From Gekko japonicus (lineage: Eukaryota): DNA of 64,000 nt. This document shows positions 26,091 to 50,099 of this stretch, in pieces. The stretch covers positions 191,315 to 255,314 of the forward strand of contig NW_015160873.1 of NCBI RefSeq assembly GCF_001447785.1. The letters run 5' to 3'. The number at the start of each line of letters is the position of its first letter. The first letter of the stretch is position 1. The notes under the pieces are model-generated. The model was given only the letters and a program-made list of their open reading frames with translations, ran no database searches and was not told the DNA's origin. The translations under genes and the position numbers were made by a program.

Positions 26091-27212
26091 TTCACTAGGT
26101 CAATGGGGATGAAGTTATATTTTAAAAAGCCAAAGAAGCCCGGTTTCATATTAGCATGGACAAAAATGAGATTCAGTTAGGCAGAGTATCATAAAAGGTT
26201 CTAAGTACAGAATTTAATTTTTTTTAAATCAGAGGAAATGGATATGGTAACAAGCAGGAAACTTTTTGCTTAGGCCATTTCAAAATGGTGTCAGCCATAT
26301 ATGTTCTCAGAACAAAAAGGCCAGCTAGGAGCTGGAACCCAGCATGGACTTTAACTCCTAGCCAATTTCATAATGGTGTGGGCATATGAATGTAACTTTG
26401 AATAAGCAACTGTGAAGTGCTGAGTCATTATAAGCCACAGCACTCCCTAGAGTGGTTTGGAAGGTTAGAAGAAATTTCAGTGCTGGGGAGACAGGGGTTG
26501 GAGGCCTCTGGAAATAACAAAGGAAATTCCATATTAACATATACACATGTTCATAGTGGCCTTAAACATGAAGATTTTCACCAAGATTAGAAATCCAGCC
26601 ATTAAAGCCTATATCTGCGATAATGCTACCTTGTATCAATTACATCAGATGCAATAACTGCACTCCTCTTTGTGTCAGCCTCGCCTTCAGCGACCTACTT
26701 TTTTGCAGAAAATCTTAAAACCTAGTAAGAGCTGGGAAATGGGATGCCTCTTTCTGCAAGTTTCACGTGGGTCCCCCTGCCTATAACACTATAGCAGCAG
26801 CTGGCCTCTGTTAATCTCAGCCCAGGCTTTCTCATACAGTAAGTTTATGCATCTCTCTGCAACAATGATGGATCCAACTGGCTGCACAACTGGAAATATA
26901 TATATATAGCTGTTCAGGAACTTATATAATCACATGCCGTTTCTTTTCATGCAGCTAGCAAGGCCCCATGGTGGTATTTTGCTACTTTTGACAAGTGCTT
27001 GGGGAAAATGTGACTGGAATGAGATCTGGGCCAAGAAGTACACCCTTTTGTATGAAAACTCTACTCTGGCTGCAACTATTTTCCTTACACTCATGGGTTC
27101 CCTGAATACAATCCAGTCTTGCAACATATGAACTAGCTCTCACAAGAAGGCAAATTATGCTTTCAACTGTAAGGCTCTAGCTCATTAAGCATTCTATCAC
27201 CAGAGACCGAGT

Positions 27213-27477
27213 TAGGGTTGCCAAATCACGACAGGGGATCGCATGTCTTTGCAGAATCCCTGTTGCGGGGCTGGCGAGACGCATTGCAGCCGCCGTCGCC
27301 AGGACATGACGCTACGCGTCACTCTGGCAACGGGGCTCCAAACAGCCCCATTGCCAGAGCAATGCGTAGCGTCATGTCCTGGCGACGGTGGAGCAATGTG
27401 TTTTGCCGTCCCCGCAGCAGGGATTCTGCAAAGACATGCGATCCCCTGTCGTGATTTGGTGAGTTTTGGGAGCCCTA
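27213..27477. mobile_element. Foldback (palindromic) MITE with TAGGGTTGCCA-type termini
   Basis: Ends TAGGGTTGCCA / TGGGAGCCCTA; inverted arms 27221-27337 and 27344-27459, outer 42 bp perfect, loop CCAAAC; candidate TSD only 5/8. Confidence 0.8.
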
Positions 27478-27658
27478 GGCTCAGTCATCATACTTTTTAA
27501 CAGTCTTTGCAAAACAGCTCCTGGCTGTCCCTGGCCCAATAATGTTCCTGTTCTACTGTTCCACATTGTTGTAAGTGGCCTTCTCAACATAAGCATATTT
27601 AGATTTTGCTTACAGAGGTAAGAAATACTTCAATATCCACCACCAATGGTGTGAACAT

Positions 27659-27664
27659 TTTAAT
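27659..27664 (-). terminator. Probable HSP90B1 polyadenylation signal ATTAAA
   Basis: TTTAAT on +, about 205 nt past the stop codon in an AU-rich 3'UTR. Confidence 0.55.
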
Positions 27665-27869
27665 TTTGTACACATGACAAGATTTTACACCAAGTAGTCA
27701 GTTAAATAGTACAAATTTACATTGTGAGGAATGTTTAAAAAATGCAACTTAAAAAAATCCCTTCTGCCCATAACAGCATACCCCCCCAAACATTTTACAG
27801 TGAAAAAAAACAACTTTAGTTCACATTCCTGCTTCATCCCAGTCACAGGATACTAGTTGCGAGTGCATG

Positions 27870-40269
<12,400 letters not shown>

Positions 40270-40520
40270 CGCAGCGGTGCCAGAGCGGAGAGCCAAGAGA
40301 ACTACCCTGGAGAACACCTGCTTCCCACACGCCCGAAAACACCAGGAACTTTTCTCGCACCCAAAAAAAAAAAAGAAGCGCACGCACACCTCGCCTCTGA
40401 GCGGAAAAAAAATCTCCACACGCGCTCAATGGCCAACGCCGCTAACCGAAGCCAGCCCGCCCCCCCAGACTTATCAGAAGCAGGCGCCGCGGGGCGGGGG
40501 TAAACCGCTTCTTAGTCCCG

Positions 40521-40652
40521 CCAATCGGGGCGCACCACGCGGAACGCAGAGCCACTAGGAAACTTGGAGGGGAGGAGCGCAGTTCTCTCCCCGCCAATCG
40601 CGCCGTTCCAGGTGAGGTTTCCCGGTGCCAGAGCGTGGCTGCGCTCGATTGG
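40521..40652. promoter_or_regulatory. HSP90B1 ER-stress response elements (ERSE, CCAAT-N9-CCACG)
   Basis: Perfect ERSE at 40521-40539, 1-mismatch CCAAT-N9-CCAGG at 40594-40612, perfect reverse-strand ERSE at 40634-40652. Lies within a CpG island (~39950-40800) upstream of exon 1. Confidence 0.9.
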
Positions 40653-40654
40653 AT

Positions 40655-41352
40655 GTTGCTATGTTAACGGACCAATCGTTCCTAAGGGCGGGAATAGCAG
40701 GTGTCGTAGAAGGCTGTTCCTATTTATTTTGCAATTTTTGGTTTTTGTTTTAAATTTACACGGCGTCCGGCGAATATCGGAATGACTTCGGAGACTGAAT
40801 TTTTAAAAAGAAAAGAATATCTAGGCGTTTCAATTCGAAGTACTTCCGGGACATTTCGGGGAGACTTAATTTGAGTATTGCTATGACAACTTCTGTTTCC
40901 GCTTTAGTGCAGCTCTGTCAAACGCGTGCGAGGAAGGAGAGTAGAAGATATGTAACAGGAATAATTCTTCCACACGAGCTTCCTCTTCGGTCAAAAACGG
41001 GTTGCTATTACCATGAAACCCGCAATTTCAAAAAACAGCGTAAATGCTTGAAACTACATTCCCAGTACGTGACTCTGCAGAGGTTTGCCGCTTCTGTGCT
41101 CATTCTTCGTTGGTGCGCCCTTTGCTAACGTCAGTGCTGCTTTGCATGCTGGGAGTGGCTGTACGATGGGAGTTGTAGTCTGTTGAAAGGTTGACGCTTT
41201 AAGGGTACTCGGTAAAACTCCTGTAGGGGATTCGTTTATAAACGTTCGGTTTACTGCGTTCGGTTTACGGCAAAACTGCTGTTTCTTAACTGAATATATG
41301 ATGTAATAGTCTCAGATGTTACTCCTGCATCTAAATTCCTTGCTGAGTAAGT
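40655..41352 (+). promoter_or_regulatory. Putative divergent promoter with RFX X-box-like and ZNF143/THAP11 motifs
   Basis: GTTGCTATGTTAAC at 40655-40668, ATTGCTATGACAAC at 40877-40890, ATTACCATGAAAC at 41007-41019, TGCATGCTGGGAG at 41143-41155, TGGGAGTTGTAGTC (reverse ACTACAnnTCCCA) at 41167-41180, candidate donor GTAAGT at 41347. Confidence 0.5.
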
Positions 41353-41513
41353 CATCCACAGGAATTAAGTAATATTTTCCTGGTGACATGATTTGTGAGA
41401 ACGCTGGTTTGGTCATTGTGAATGGGTCATCGAAGACAGCTGAGTTGTTTGTGTTAATCTGGGGGGTTTAGAGAGGATGGAACCCTATATGAGGTTTATA
41501 TCAAAACAAATAT

Positions 41514-41680
41514 CACGGGGACGGCAAAGGATGAAATGGTTAGACAGTGTCATAGATGCAACGAACATGAAATTGAGCAAACTTCAGAGGACAGCGGAAG
41601 ACAGGAGGGCCTGGCGGGATCTGGTCCATGGGGTCGGGAAGAGTCGGACTCGACTGTGGGACTGAACAACAACAAAAAAA
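41514..41680 (+). mobile_element. BovB/RTE LINE 3' end
   Basis: RGRQRMKWLDSVIDATNMKLSKLQ...DRRAWRDLVHGVGKSRTRL, tail GACTGAACAACAAC. Confidence 0.85.
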
Positions 41681-42426
41681 CATCTTATGCTGTATAGTCC
41701 GCAATCTTTATCTTGTTAACAGTGCAGTCCTGAACTTGTACATTCTGAAGTAGTAGCTCCCAATAGGCCTTACTCTTTAATAAATATGCACATGATTGGA
41801 AGCCTAGTTGATGTTTCTCACTTTCCTGGACTTCTTTTGTCATCTTCTTTTGTTGCACCAAGTAATCACTCTGTTTCATTCTTGTTGAACTGTAAGGGAT
41901 GTGAAGGAAATGCATTTCTGTGTGTTCCAAAAGGTGCTCTTTGAACTTTGCAGCCCTTGGAATGGTTATTAATGACAAATAAATTAGCCCTATCTCTTCA
42001 GCTAAACGCAGTACACATTTTCCAACAACTTCAAAAATGCATGTCATCATTTCAGTGTCAAATAAAAACATTTTATCACAGCTGATGCTGAACTATTCTC
42101 ACTTCAGAATACTGGGAAATGTTCCAGATTCCAATGAGATAAGAGCTACCAAAGCTGTTAGACCAGTTTCTAAGCACAGAAAATGTTACACCATCCAAAT
42201 GGAAGGGAACTTGAGTATACTAGCAGTGTGTAAATGTAGGTCAAGTTCAAAGAGCTGTTTTGGGTTAGTTTAACGATTTGTACACATCTAGTGGGGTTTG
42301 GCCTTTTTATTTCTTTACAACAGGTTCCCCCATCCTATGCAACATTGTTACCTGCTTTTGAAGCTCCCCTTATTTTCAAATATAGCCATCCAGCATGAAT
42401 ATCTCCTACTCTGGAAAACACTAAGT

Positions 42427-42839
42427 CAGAAGTGTCAAATTCATTTGTTATCAGGGCTGGATCTGACATAAATGTCACTTTGTTGGGCTGGGCCATGTGT
42501 AGCATAAAATGTAATGCCAGGTACCAGATAGAAACTGTCTAAAGGATAGCAGCTGGTAAGCTCCGAGTTGGTGTATCCTCACTGCAAGGCCCCATGGGCT
42601 GGGAGAGGGGTGCACAGGAAAGCACACATAGGTGGACTGGAGAGGCAGCAGTCCTGGTCAGATGCTCCCATGATGCTTGACTGCTGCAGATGAGGTTGTT
42701 CTGCCATGCTGAAGCCACAATGGAGTGGCTCTGCCCACTCCCCTCTAGCACTCCGTCCCTTGCACCAGTTGCTCGCCGGTTGCATAAGAGCCCTGGATGG
42801 GCTGGTTCTGGCCCCTGGGCCTCACGTTAGACAACCTTG
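42427..42839. mobile_element. hAT-Charlie-type MITE
   Basis: CAGAAGTGTCAAA / TTAGACAACCTTG ends; TSD CACTAAGT / CTCTAAGT (7/8). Confidence 0.65.
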
Positions 42840-44696
42840 CTCTAAGTGCCTTTGCACATGCAGAACTAGAGGGGAGTTCTATATATCTTTGCCACAGTAA
42901 AAAAGATTAGGTTCTGAAACTGTTATGTAGGTAACAGTCAGAGAGTGCAAATTTGCTAGTGTAGCCACTATAATTATAGCCCCTAATTTGATCACACTTT
43001 GTGTATATTTGCAAAAGCAGCTGAAATACACTGGGCATGACGCTGAGACTGCAATGCTGTATATTCTTAATTTGGAGTAAGGACCATTGAAGCCTATGGA
43101 ATTTCTGAGTAAATGTGTGTTATACCCAGCATGCACTGTTGTTTCACTTAATATTCACTGCATTAAAATCTTAGCTAGGGCTAGCTGTGCCAGCCTTGGA
43201 TCAGATTTCATATGCAAAAGCTCCAGTTGAAATCTCACATCTTTGTTATTTATTTAGATGTACAGCCACTACACAGAAACATTTCTTTCATTCTTGCTGT
43301 ATGATTCAGCCAGACCGTTTGCTCATCCACTCCAGTGTTAGGTTTATCCATTTGGGTAATCTGTCTGAATGCTATCTGCTGTCAGACTGATGTCTTTTTA
43401 ATCCTCTGGAAATTTCCCTTACCCTACCATGTGAGAACATTTTCAGTGGAGATGCCAGAGATTTAACCTGGGACCTTGCATGTGCAAACCATGCACTTTA
43501 CCATTAAGCTACCAGCTTCCCAACATTTGTGTGTGTTTTTAATATTAATTGCAAAGCACTCAAGTGCAGTATTCATGCATTTTCAAGGTGCAGGTTAAGC
43601 ATTCATGGGAATTCCAGTGACCATTCCTCACAGGTTGTCATCTCAAATCCACTACTACATTTGATCCTGCCCTTAGGTGTCCTGGAACACGTTGGCACAC
43701 TGTATACTAAATTTCTAGATTAGATTATTGGCCTTTAATGCTCAAACAATGGTGTGTGCTAAGTACTGATACGAATTTCTAAAACCTTTGAAGTCCTGGT
43801 AAAAAGGATCTGTAAACAGTTTTCAGATAGTTTTTTTAAATACTTATTTGGGCACTTCTAATTTACTTTGCTGTGCTCAGTGCAGACTCAAAGCATCTTA
43901 TAGTGTCAGAAACAGCAACGAAATCATAAAATACTAGAAATATTTTTTTAAAACCCAACTTATTTAACCACTGACTGTGGCTGAAGCAAGGACACTGTCA
44001 TGTCTAGTTTGGCCCTGACCAACTGCCATGGCATTAACAAACTGATGTGGAGGGACCAGGGAGGGCAGAACGAGTAGTTATAGTCTCTCCCCATGCATTT
44101 TCTTCTTTCTGGGACAAGCTTTTCTTTAAATTTTCCAGGAGCTGCAGGGGAAGGGCAAAACAGGTTGTAAGAGCTCTGCCCTTGATAGTAAGTCTTTGCC
44201 CCATCAAGTGTCATGTGAAATTGTTCCACAGGTTGTAGAATATCACTGTCCTGCTTTTCGCAAAACATATATCTGCTGAAGAGACCCTGTACATTTTCCC
44301 ATGTTGTATACCTGAGAAGCACTTTGGTAAAATTTAGGAAGTTATAAGGAGGAAACTTGCAAGGCCATGGGAAGGGGCAAAATATCATTGTCTCCCCATT
44401 CTTTCTCTTCCATGTGACTTTTGATCATGCAAGGCCAATTATTCCCAGCATAACCTTTTTTTGTGGTCAAAGAGGACCCTTCCTTCAGGAAACCTGGCTG
44501 GATCCAACCTGCTATATTGCCTCTTTTATTGGAGGTACTTTGGCACTTACTATTCAGTTTTCCTGTTACACTTTCTCCTTATTTTAGTAATGTTTTGTGT
44601 TAATTTATTTTATATTTTATTGTTGAGTTACTTTTTTTCAATTCTGAAAACTGAAACATTTGTCTGTGAATAGGATCTTTAAGTCCTGAGGAGTTA

Positions 44697-45250
44697 AGTC
44701 AAGTTTATTACGATCTGAGATCAGAAAATTAATAACATCCCAATGGTTACGTAACATTAATTACATTAGTTAAAATTAGATATATGTTGTAACTGTAAAC
44801 ATAACCTATTATGCTAGTTAAAATGTGTTAAAATGTACCTATTCTGTCTAATTCGGCGAGCCTGAGCAAAAATCTCCTGCTTTAAATATAATATCCTTAT
44901 GAATTAATATAAATTTCTTATAACAGTCATAGACCAATGACACACAAAAGTCTATTGGTAATAAAATTTACAAATCTATCAAGATATACTATCATTAAAA
45001 CACATGTCCATATTAAACAGCATCATTCCAATATAAATACTGTTTTGATATATGTAATAGCTCCACTATGACTACACCACGAAAGAAGCCTCCTATAATT
45101 TAAAACCGTACTTCTGTTTGATTACTTGGACGCAAAATCTAGCTGTCACTCTGGTGATTGTTAGTATTTCATCCGCCAACAATTTCCCCACAAACGTCTT
45201 GTTAGTTCACGCCTTAACTTCCTTCAAAATAGGGAGGATTGTCTTGTCCT
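44697..45250 (-). mobile_element. 5'-truncated LINE (RTE-X-like) nested in the ERV 5' LTR
   Basis: 14-bp TSD GTCCTGAGGAGTTA (44683-44696, 45251-45264); tail GATCGTAATAAACTTGACT on -; peptide KLLADEILTITRVTARFC. Confidence 0.75.
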
Positions 45251-45296
45251 GTCCTGAGGAGTTATAAAATGTTTATGACCAAAGGGCACTTTCAAA

Positions 45297-45925
45297 GAGA
45301 TTAAGAATATATGGACATGAGAATATAAGAGAAGCCAATGTTGGATCAGGCAAATGTCCCATCCAGTCACTCAGTTGACCCCCCAAGCACCAATACAGAG
45401 CATCACTTGCCCAAGACCGAGAGTTCCTATCTATATAGCCACTGATGGGCCTCTGCTTCATATGTTTATCCAATTCTCTCTTGAAGCCATCTATGCTTGT
45501 AGTGCTTGTCCTGTGGCAGTGAATTCCATGTGTTAATCACTCTTTGGGTGAAGAAGTACTTCCTTTTATACGTTCTAACCTGACTGCTCAGCAATTTCAT
45601 TGACTGCCCATGAGTTCTTGTATTGTGAGAAAGGGAGAAAAGTACTTCTTTCTCTACCTGCTCTGTACCATGCATAATTTTGTAAACCTCGATCATGTCA
45701 CCCCTCAGCCGTCGTTTCTCCAAGCTAAAGAGCACCAAGCGCTTTAACCTTTCTTCATAGGGTAAGTGTTCCAATTCTTTTATCATTCTACTTTTCTGCA
45801 CTTTTTCCAATGATATAATATCCTTTCTGAGGTGTGGTGACCAGAATTGCACACAGTATTCCAAATGAGATTGCACCATCGATTTATACAGGGGCATTAT
45901 GATTTTGGCTTTGTTTTCTCTTGCA
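45297..45925 (-). mobile_element. CR1 LINE 3' fragment nested in the ERV 5' LTR
   Basis: ORF2 C-terminus PLYKSMVQSHLEYCVQFWSPHLRKDI...LFSLEKRRLRGDMIEVYKIM...FFTQRVINTWNSLP. Confidence 0.9.
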
Positions 45926-47842
45926 ATCATACAATAAAGAATTTAACAGCTTTGGAAATTATTTTCAGTGTCTTTCTTTAGCAAATTGGTGTCACAAATA
46001 AGGATTTTAGCAACACAGCTCCAACTTGCTTGTTGCCTCTGTGGCAACTGGCCATTCCAATTGTGTGCACTGAGAGAATTCTCCCAGGGAAAGGCCTCTT
46101 GTCAGGAGGAGAGGCCGGGCTCTAAAGATCTGCAGAAGAGCTAAATCGATCAGGCACCTTTGTGGTCTGGTCTGCTGTTGAATTCTTGTCTGGTTTCTAG
46201 TTCTGGAAGTAGCTACCAACAATGACTGACTCTGTAAGTATAATACCTTTGGACTAATCTTTCCCACCTCTTTCCCCCGTCTGGATAGTCCTTAGTAATC
46301 TGGTTCTGGTCTGGGTTTAGTTCTGGTATGGTTCAAGTCAGTCCAAAATCCCCCCAAGGGAACCCAGAGAACCCCTGGCCAAATACATGCATAATAATTA
46401 TGGGCCTTGGTCAACCAAGCACTTGGGACAGTGGGATGGTTATACCACCACCCCATATTTCCCCTGGAAGATACCTTTAAATTAGATTTCCACACTTTGG
46501 CTAGCCTGGCTAGCCAGATGCCTGGTATTTGTGGGAGGCTGAGGGTGAACAACATTCTGAGTCTCTTGTGGCTAGCCACACTAAAGTCCAAGAAAAAACT
46601 GCAAAAACAAATTAAGGACCTTAAGGCTAAATTAGCCAAGGATAAGCCTTTTCCATTGTCTGAATCTTCTATGGTGCCCAATGGTCTAACTGCCTTTCTT
46701 ACCTCTGGCAACACTAGAAACAGTAATTAAGTAACAATGAACCTGCAGGCTCAGGTTTCTCCCCTTCCAATTTGTCTGTGATAGGATCTTTAAGTCCTGA
46801 GGAACTATAAAATGTTTATGACCAGAGGGCACTTTTTAAAAGGTTCTGCTTTTGCTGTCTCCTGAGACTCCACAATAGAGAATTCAAGAGCTTTGGCAAT
46901 TATTTTTAGCGTCTTTCTTTGACAGATGTATGGTTTTTGTGGGTGAGGGGGAACAATAGGATGAAAGGAAAGCTGATACACCTTTAAAGTTTGTAAAACC
47001 ACTTCTCAGATCTCTCCAGAAGGTGACAATCAGAACAAAATATAGGCTGTGGTGTTTTTTTTGGGTGGGGAGACCCTTAGGGGTTAGGGCGGGATAGTAA
47101 ATCGAATTAATAAATAAAATAAATAATAAATAAATAAATATTGAAAACAAAATTTATATGTGTATAGGTGTGTTGGGGGGAATACTATCTACATCCCCCC
47201 ATTTTTTTCAAAACAGCTGGAAACTTGATGCTCCCCCCGAGTAGATTCTCAGAATGCTGGGCTAAGTACCAGATTCTTTGCCAAATGGCGGATTTCACGT
47301 AATTTGGAATTGCAACAGTGGAACTGTTCTGCACATAGCATATGTGTGCAAAGACAGTTCTGTGACAATCAGTCTTCCCATCAAAGTTCCAACCAGTCTT
47401 GGCTGTTTTATAAAAAGCCTGTAGCTGTTTTTAGTGTCAGAACATGAGAATATGCTATTTACAAGCTCTGAAATGTTTGTTGGATCATAGCACACCCTAG
47501 TGGAATAAAAGTTTCCTTTTATTTCAAAAAAATGTGTTTTAATGAGCGTTCATAGAGGTCTTCAAATGGAAAGAGCTTTACAAAAAGTTATTTTGTTTCA
47601 ACGCACCAGGATACTTTGGGACATAAATAATTATGTATTAAAGATCAAACTGATAAGGAAATCTATGTTGTACTTTACTACGGAATGTGGCTACAGCCAT
47701 GAAGTCTCTCTGGTAGCAAACTGCTGGAGCTGCTGTATGCTCACAGAGGGGATGGGCAAGCAGAAAAGGTGCTGGCTATCACTGGTTCTGAGGAGAAGGC
47801 TGAAATTCCCATATGAGTGATACGATGCCCCATGTTCACTTC

Positions 47843-48123
47843 CCAGTTTGGTGTAGTGGTTAAGTGTGCGGACTCTAATATGGGAGAACCGGGTTTGATT
47901 CCCCACTCCTCCACTTGCACCTGCTGATGTGACCTTGGGTCAGTCACAAGCTCTGGCACAGCTGTCCTTGAAAAAGAGCAGTTTGTGTCAGAGTTCTCTC
48001 AGTCCCACCCACCTCACAGGGTGTCTGTTGTGGGGAGGGGAAGGGGATGGCGTTTGTAAGCCACTCTGAGACTCCAAGTGAAGGGCGGGGTATAAATCCA
48101 ATCTCTTCTTCTTCTTCTTCTTC
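47843..48123 (+). mobile_element. Squam3-type SINE (young)
   Basis: CCAGTTTGGTGTAGTGGTTAAG head, (TTC)n tail. Confidence 0.85.
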
Positions 48124-48235
48124 TCTCTCAGAAGCAAGATTTTCCCTCCATTTTTCTTTCCCTTTCTGACTGAGCCACCCTAGGTAATTGTTTTCTTCTT
48201 TCCTGAAGAACTCTGGCTGTCCCAGCCAGTCACTG

Positions 48236-49041
48236 TGTGATATTTTGGCTGCTGGCTCAGCTCAAGAACCTGAGGGAAGGATCAAGACCCCACTTTAACT
48301 TAAACAGCACTTGAGGTGTTTTGAAATTCCAAATTAACAAAATGTTTTATTCATCATAGAGGGGAAAGATCAAGTGAAATCAGGGGTCAAATTTCTGAGT
48401 TAACTCAAAATAGAACTCTGAAGTAAATCAGTATATGCACAGATTTTAGTTCATATGTTTCAGGCTATTGGGAGTTTCATAAGCTTTTCCCTGTGACTTG
48501 TTTCAGTGTTTCCCAAACACTCCAGTACACTTTCTTTGAGCATTCATTGACACTTTTGGTTTCCAGAAGGCCGGTACACTCTATCCAGTACCTGAACCCC
48601 TTCTCTAAACACACCAGTATGAGTTTTAATTAACTCTTAAGATTTCATGGCAGTCTCTAACCACACCAGACCAGGGATCTCTGTACTCTACTCTTCAGAG
48701 CTATCACCCTGTTTAGACTAGGTAGGGAAATTTCTTCTCCCCCTAGAAGATCTATCCCCTTTTTTTGGCCCATATGGGAGTCTTCTCCTAACTACCCACT
48801 CTTGCCAACTTTCCCAGTTCTCCATCTGTGTTAAATTGTTCTAAGTCAGGACTGAATTCAGACTCCTTCTCCTCAGCATGCAGTTCAGAAGTCTTTCTCT
48901 GCTCAACTGATGCTAACTAATCTGATCTCTTGGAACAGCCTGTCACGCAAGGCTCTCTGTTTCTCTGAAGAATTAACCCTTCACAGTCGTATATCTGTTT
49001 ATACAATATTTCTAAGCTTTTTAAGAGCACAGTCCATCACA
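48236..49041. mobile_element. Probable solo LTR
   Basis: TGTGA...TCACA ends; terminal AGTCCATCACA shared with the solo LTR at 2637-3379; TSD imperfect (ACTG/CCTG). Confidence 0.45.
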
Positions 49042-49454
49042 CCTGAGAAAAATCCTAGGGTTGCAGAAAAATTGGAAGTCTTAAAAATACATTGGGAGGG
49101 ATAATCCTCCCAAATAATGTAAGCAGCGCCTGTTACCTTTAAGAAAGGTGATCCCAGTGTCCATTGTGGGGGCTGCTAAGCAACCACAACAGTACCACCA
49201 GCCTTCAAACCTTGGTATCTGTCAGTAAAAGTGTGTATGTGGGGTGTCCTTTCCTGGGCTGTTTTGGCTTTCCAGTCCATACCTGATCCTTTTCTTCCTG
49301 CCCTGGAAGAAGGAGTTACCAGGACCAGTGGCAACTATTGAAAAACTTGCTACCAAGCTTGTCATTCTTTTGATCTGTTAAAAAAATATCTTCACTATTT
49401 TGCATGCTAATTTATCTAGCCATCCCTATATATACAACTATGATATGGAATGAA

Positions 49455-49560
49455 ACATGAAAGCTCGCACCTTGAATAAAACTTTGTTGGTCTTAAAGGT
49501 GCCACTGGACTCTAACTTTGTTCTGTTGCTTCATACCAACATGGCTGCCCACCTTGATCT
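49455..49560 (+). mobile_element. Penelope-like terminal fragment
   Basis: AATAAAACTTTGTTGGTCTTAAAGGTGCCACTGGACTC. Confidence 0.65.
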
Positions 49561-49772
49561 ACCATGCAACTTGTGTGACTCACCCACGTGGTTGTGGCTG
49601 CTGCATGATTTGATGCCACATAACATGCCTGGGTCCTGTGGGAGCTTTCACACAATTTGTATGACTTGGCTAGGCCTGGCAATGGCCACCATACCTCACC
49701 TGAGCAACTTGCTATGGCATTACTTTTGCAACTTTCCAGATCTTTCCCAGAGAGAGGAAAGGAGGAAAGCTG

Positions 49773-49986
49773 AGAGCCAGAGTGGTGTAGTGGTTAGACT
49801 GTCAGACTAGAAACTGGGAGACCCAGGTTCAAATCCCCACTCTGTCATGGAAGCTTGTTGTGTGATTGTGGGCCACTCACTCTCTCTAAGCCTAATCTAC
49901 CTCAGAGGGTAGCTGCAGGGATAAAATGGAGGACAGAAGATTCCTATTGGGGAGAAAGGTGGGAGGTGTAAATGTATAATAAATAA
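49773..49986 (+). mobile_element. Squam3-type SINE
   Basis: GAGAGCCAGAGTGGTGTAGTGGTTAGA head, core, AATAAATAAA tail. Confidence 0.7.
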
Positions 49987-50099
49987 AGCTGATGAGGGGG
50001 GACAGATAAAGTTAGGCTGATGAGTGGGAAGGAGAGAAGGAAGCAGGGAATGGTGAGAGGATATGGAGGCTTCTAAGGGAAAGATGTGAAGAAGGGGTA

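Larger units (their letters stand above)
44048..46924 (+). mobile_element. Defective ERV (gamma/epsilon-like): 5' LTR, PBS, gag N-terminus, partial 3' LTR
   Basis: LTR 3' ends at 45931-45983 and 46872-46924 (45/53 identical, both end CA). PBS-like TGGTGTCA at 45987. Frameshifted gag from 46328: M(G)SSQSKIPPREPREPLAKYMHNNYGPW..FPLEDTFKLD. Candidate 4-bp TSD GATG (44044-44047, 46925-46928). Left boundary is less certain. Confidence 0.7.

Noticed and set aside
27218-27596. ORFs sharing MSLQNPCC on both strands
   Set aside because: Consequence of the DNA palindrome, not coding.
45466-45930. 154-aa ORF as a host gene
   Set aside because: Truncated CR1 ORF2 C-terminus.
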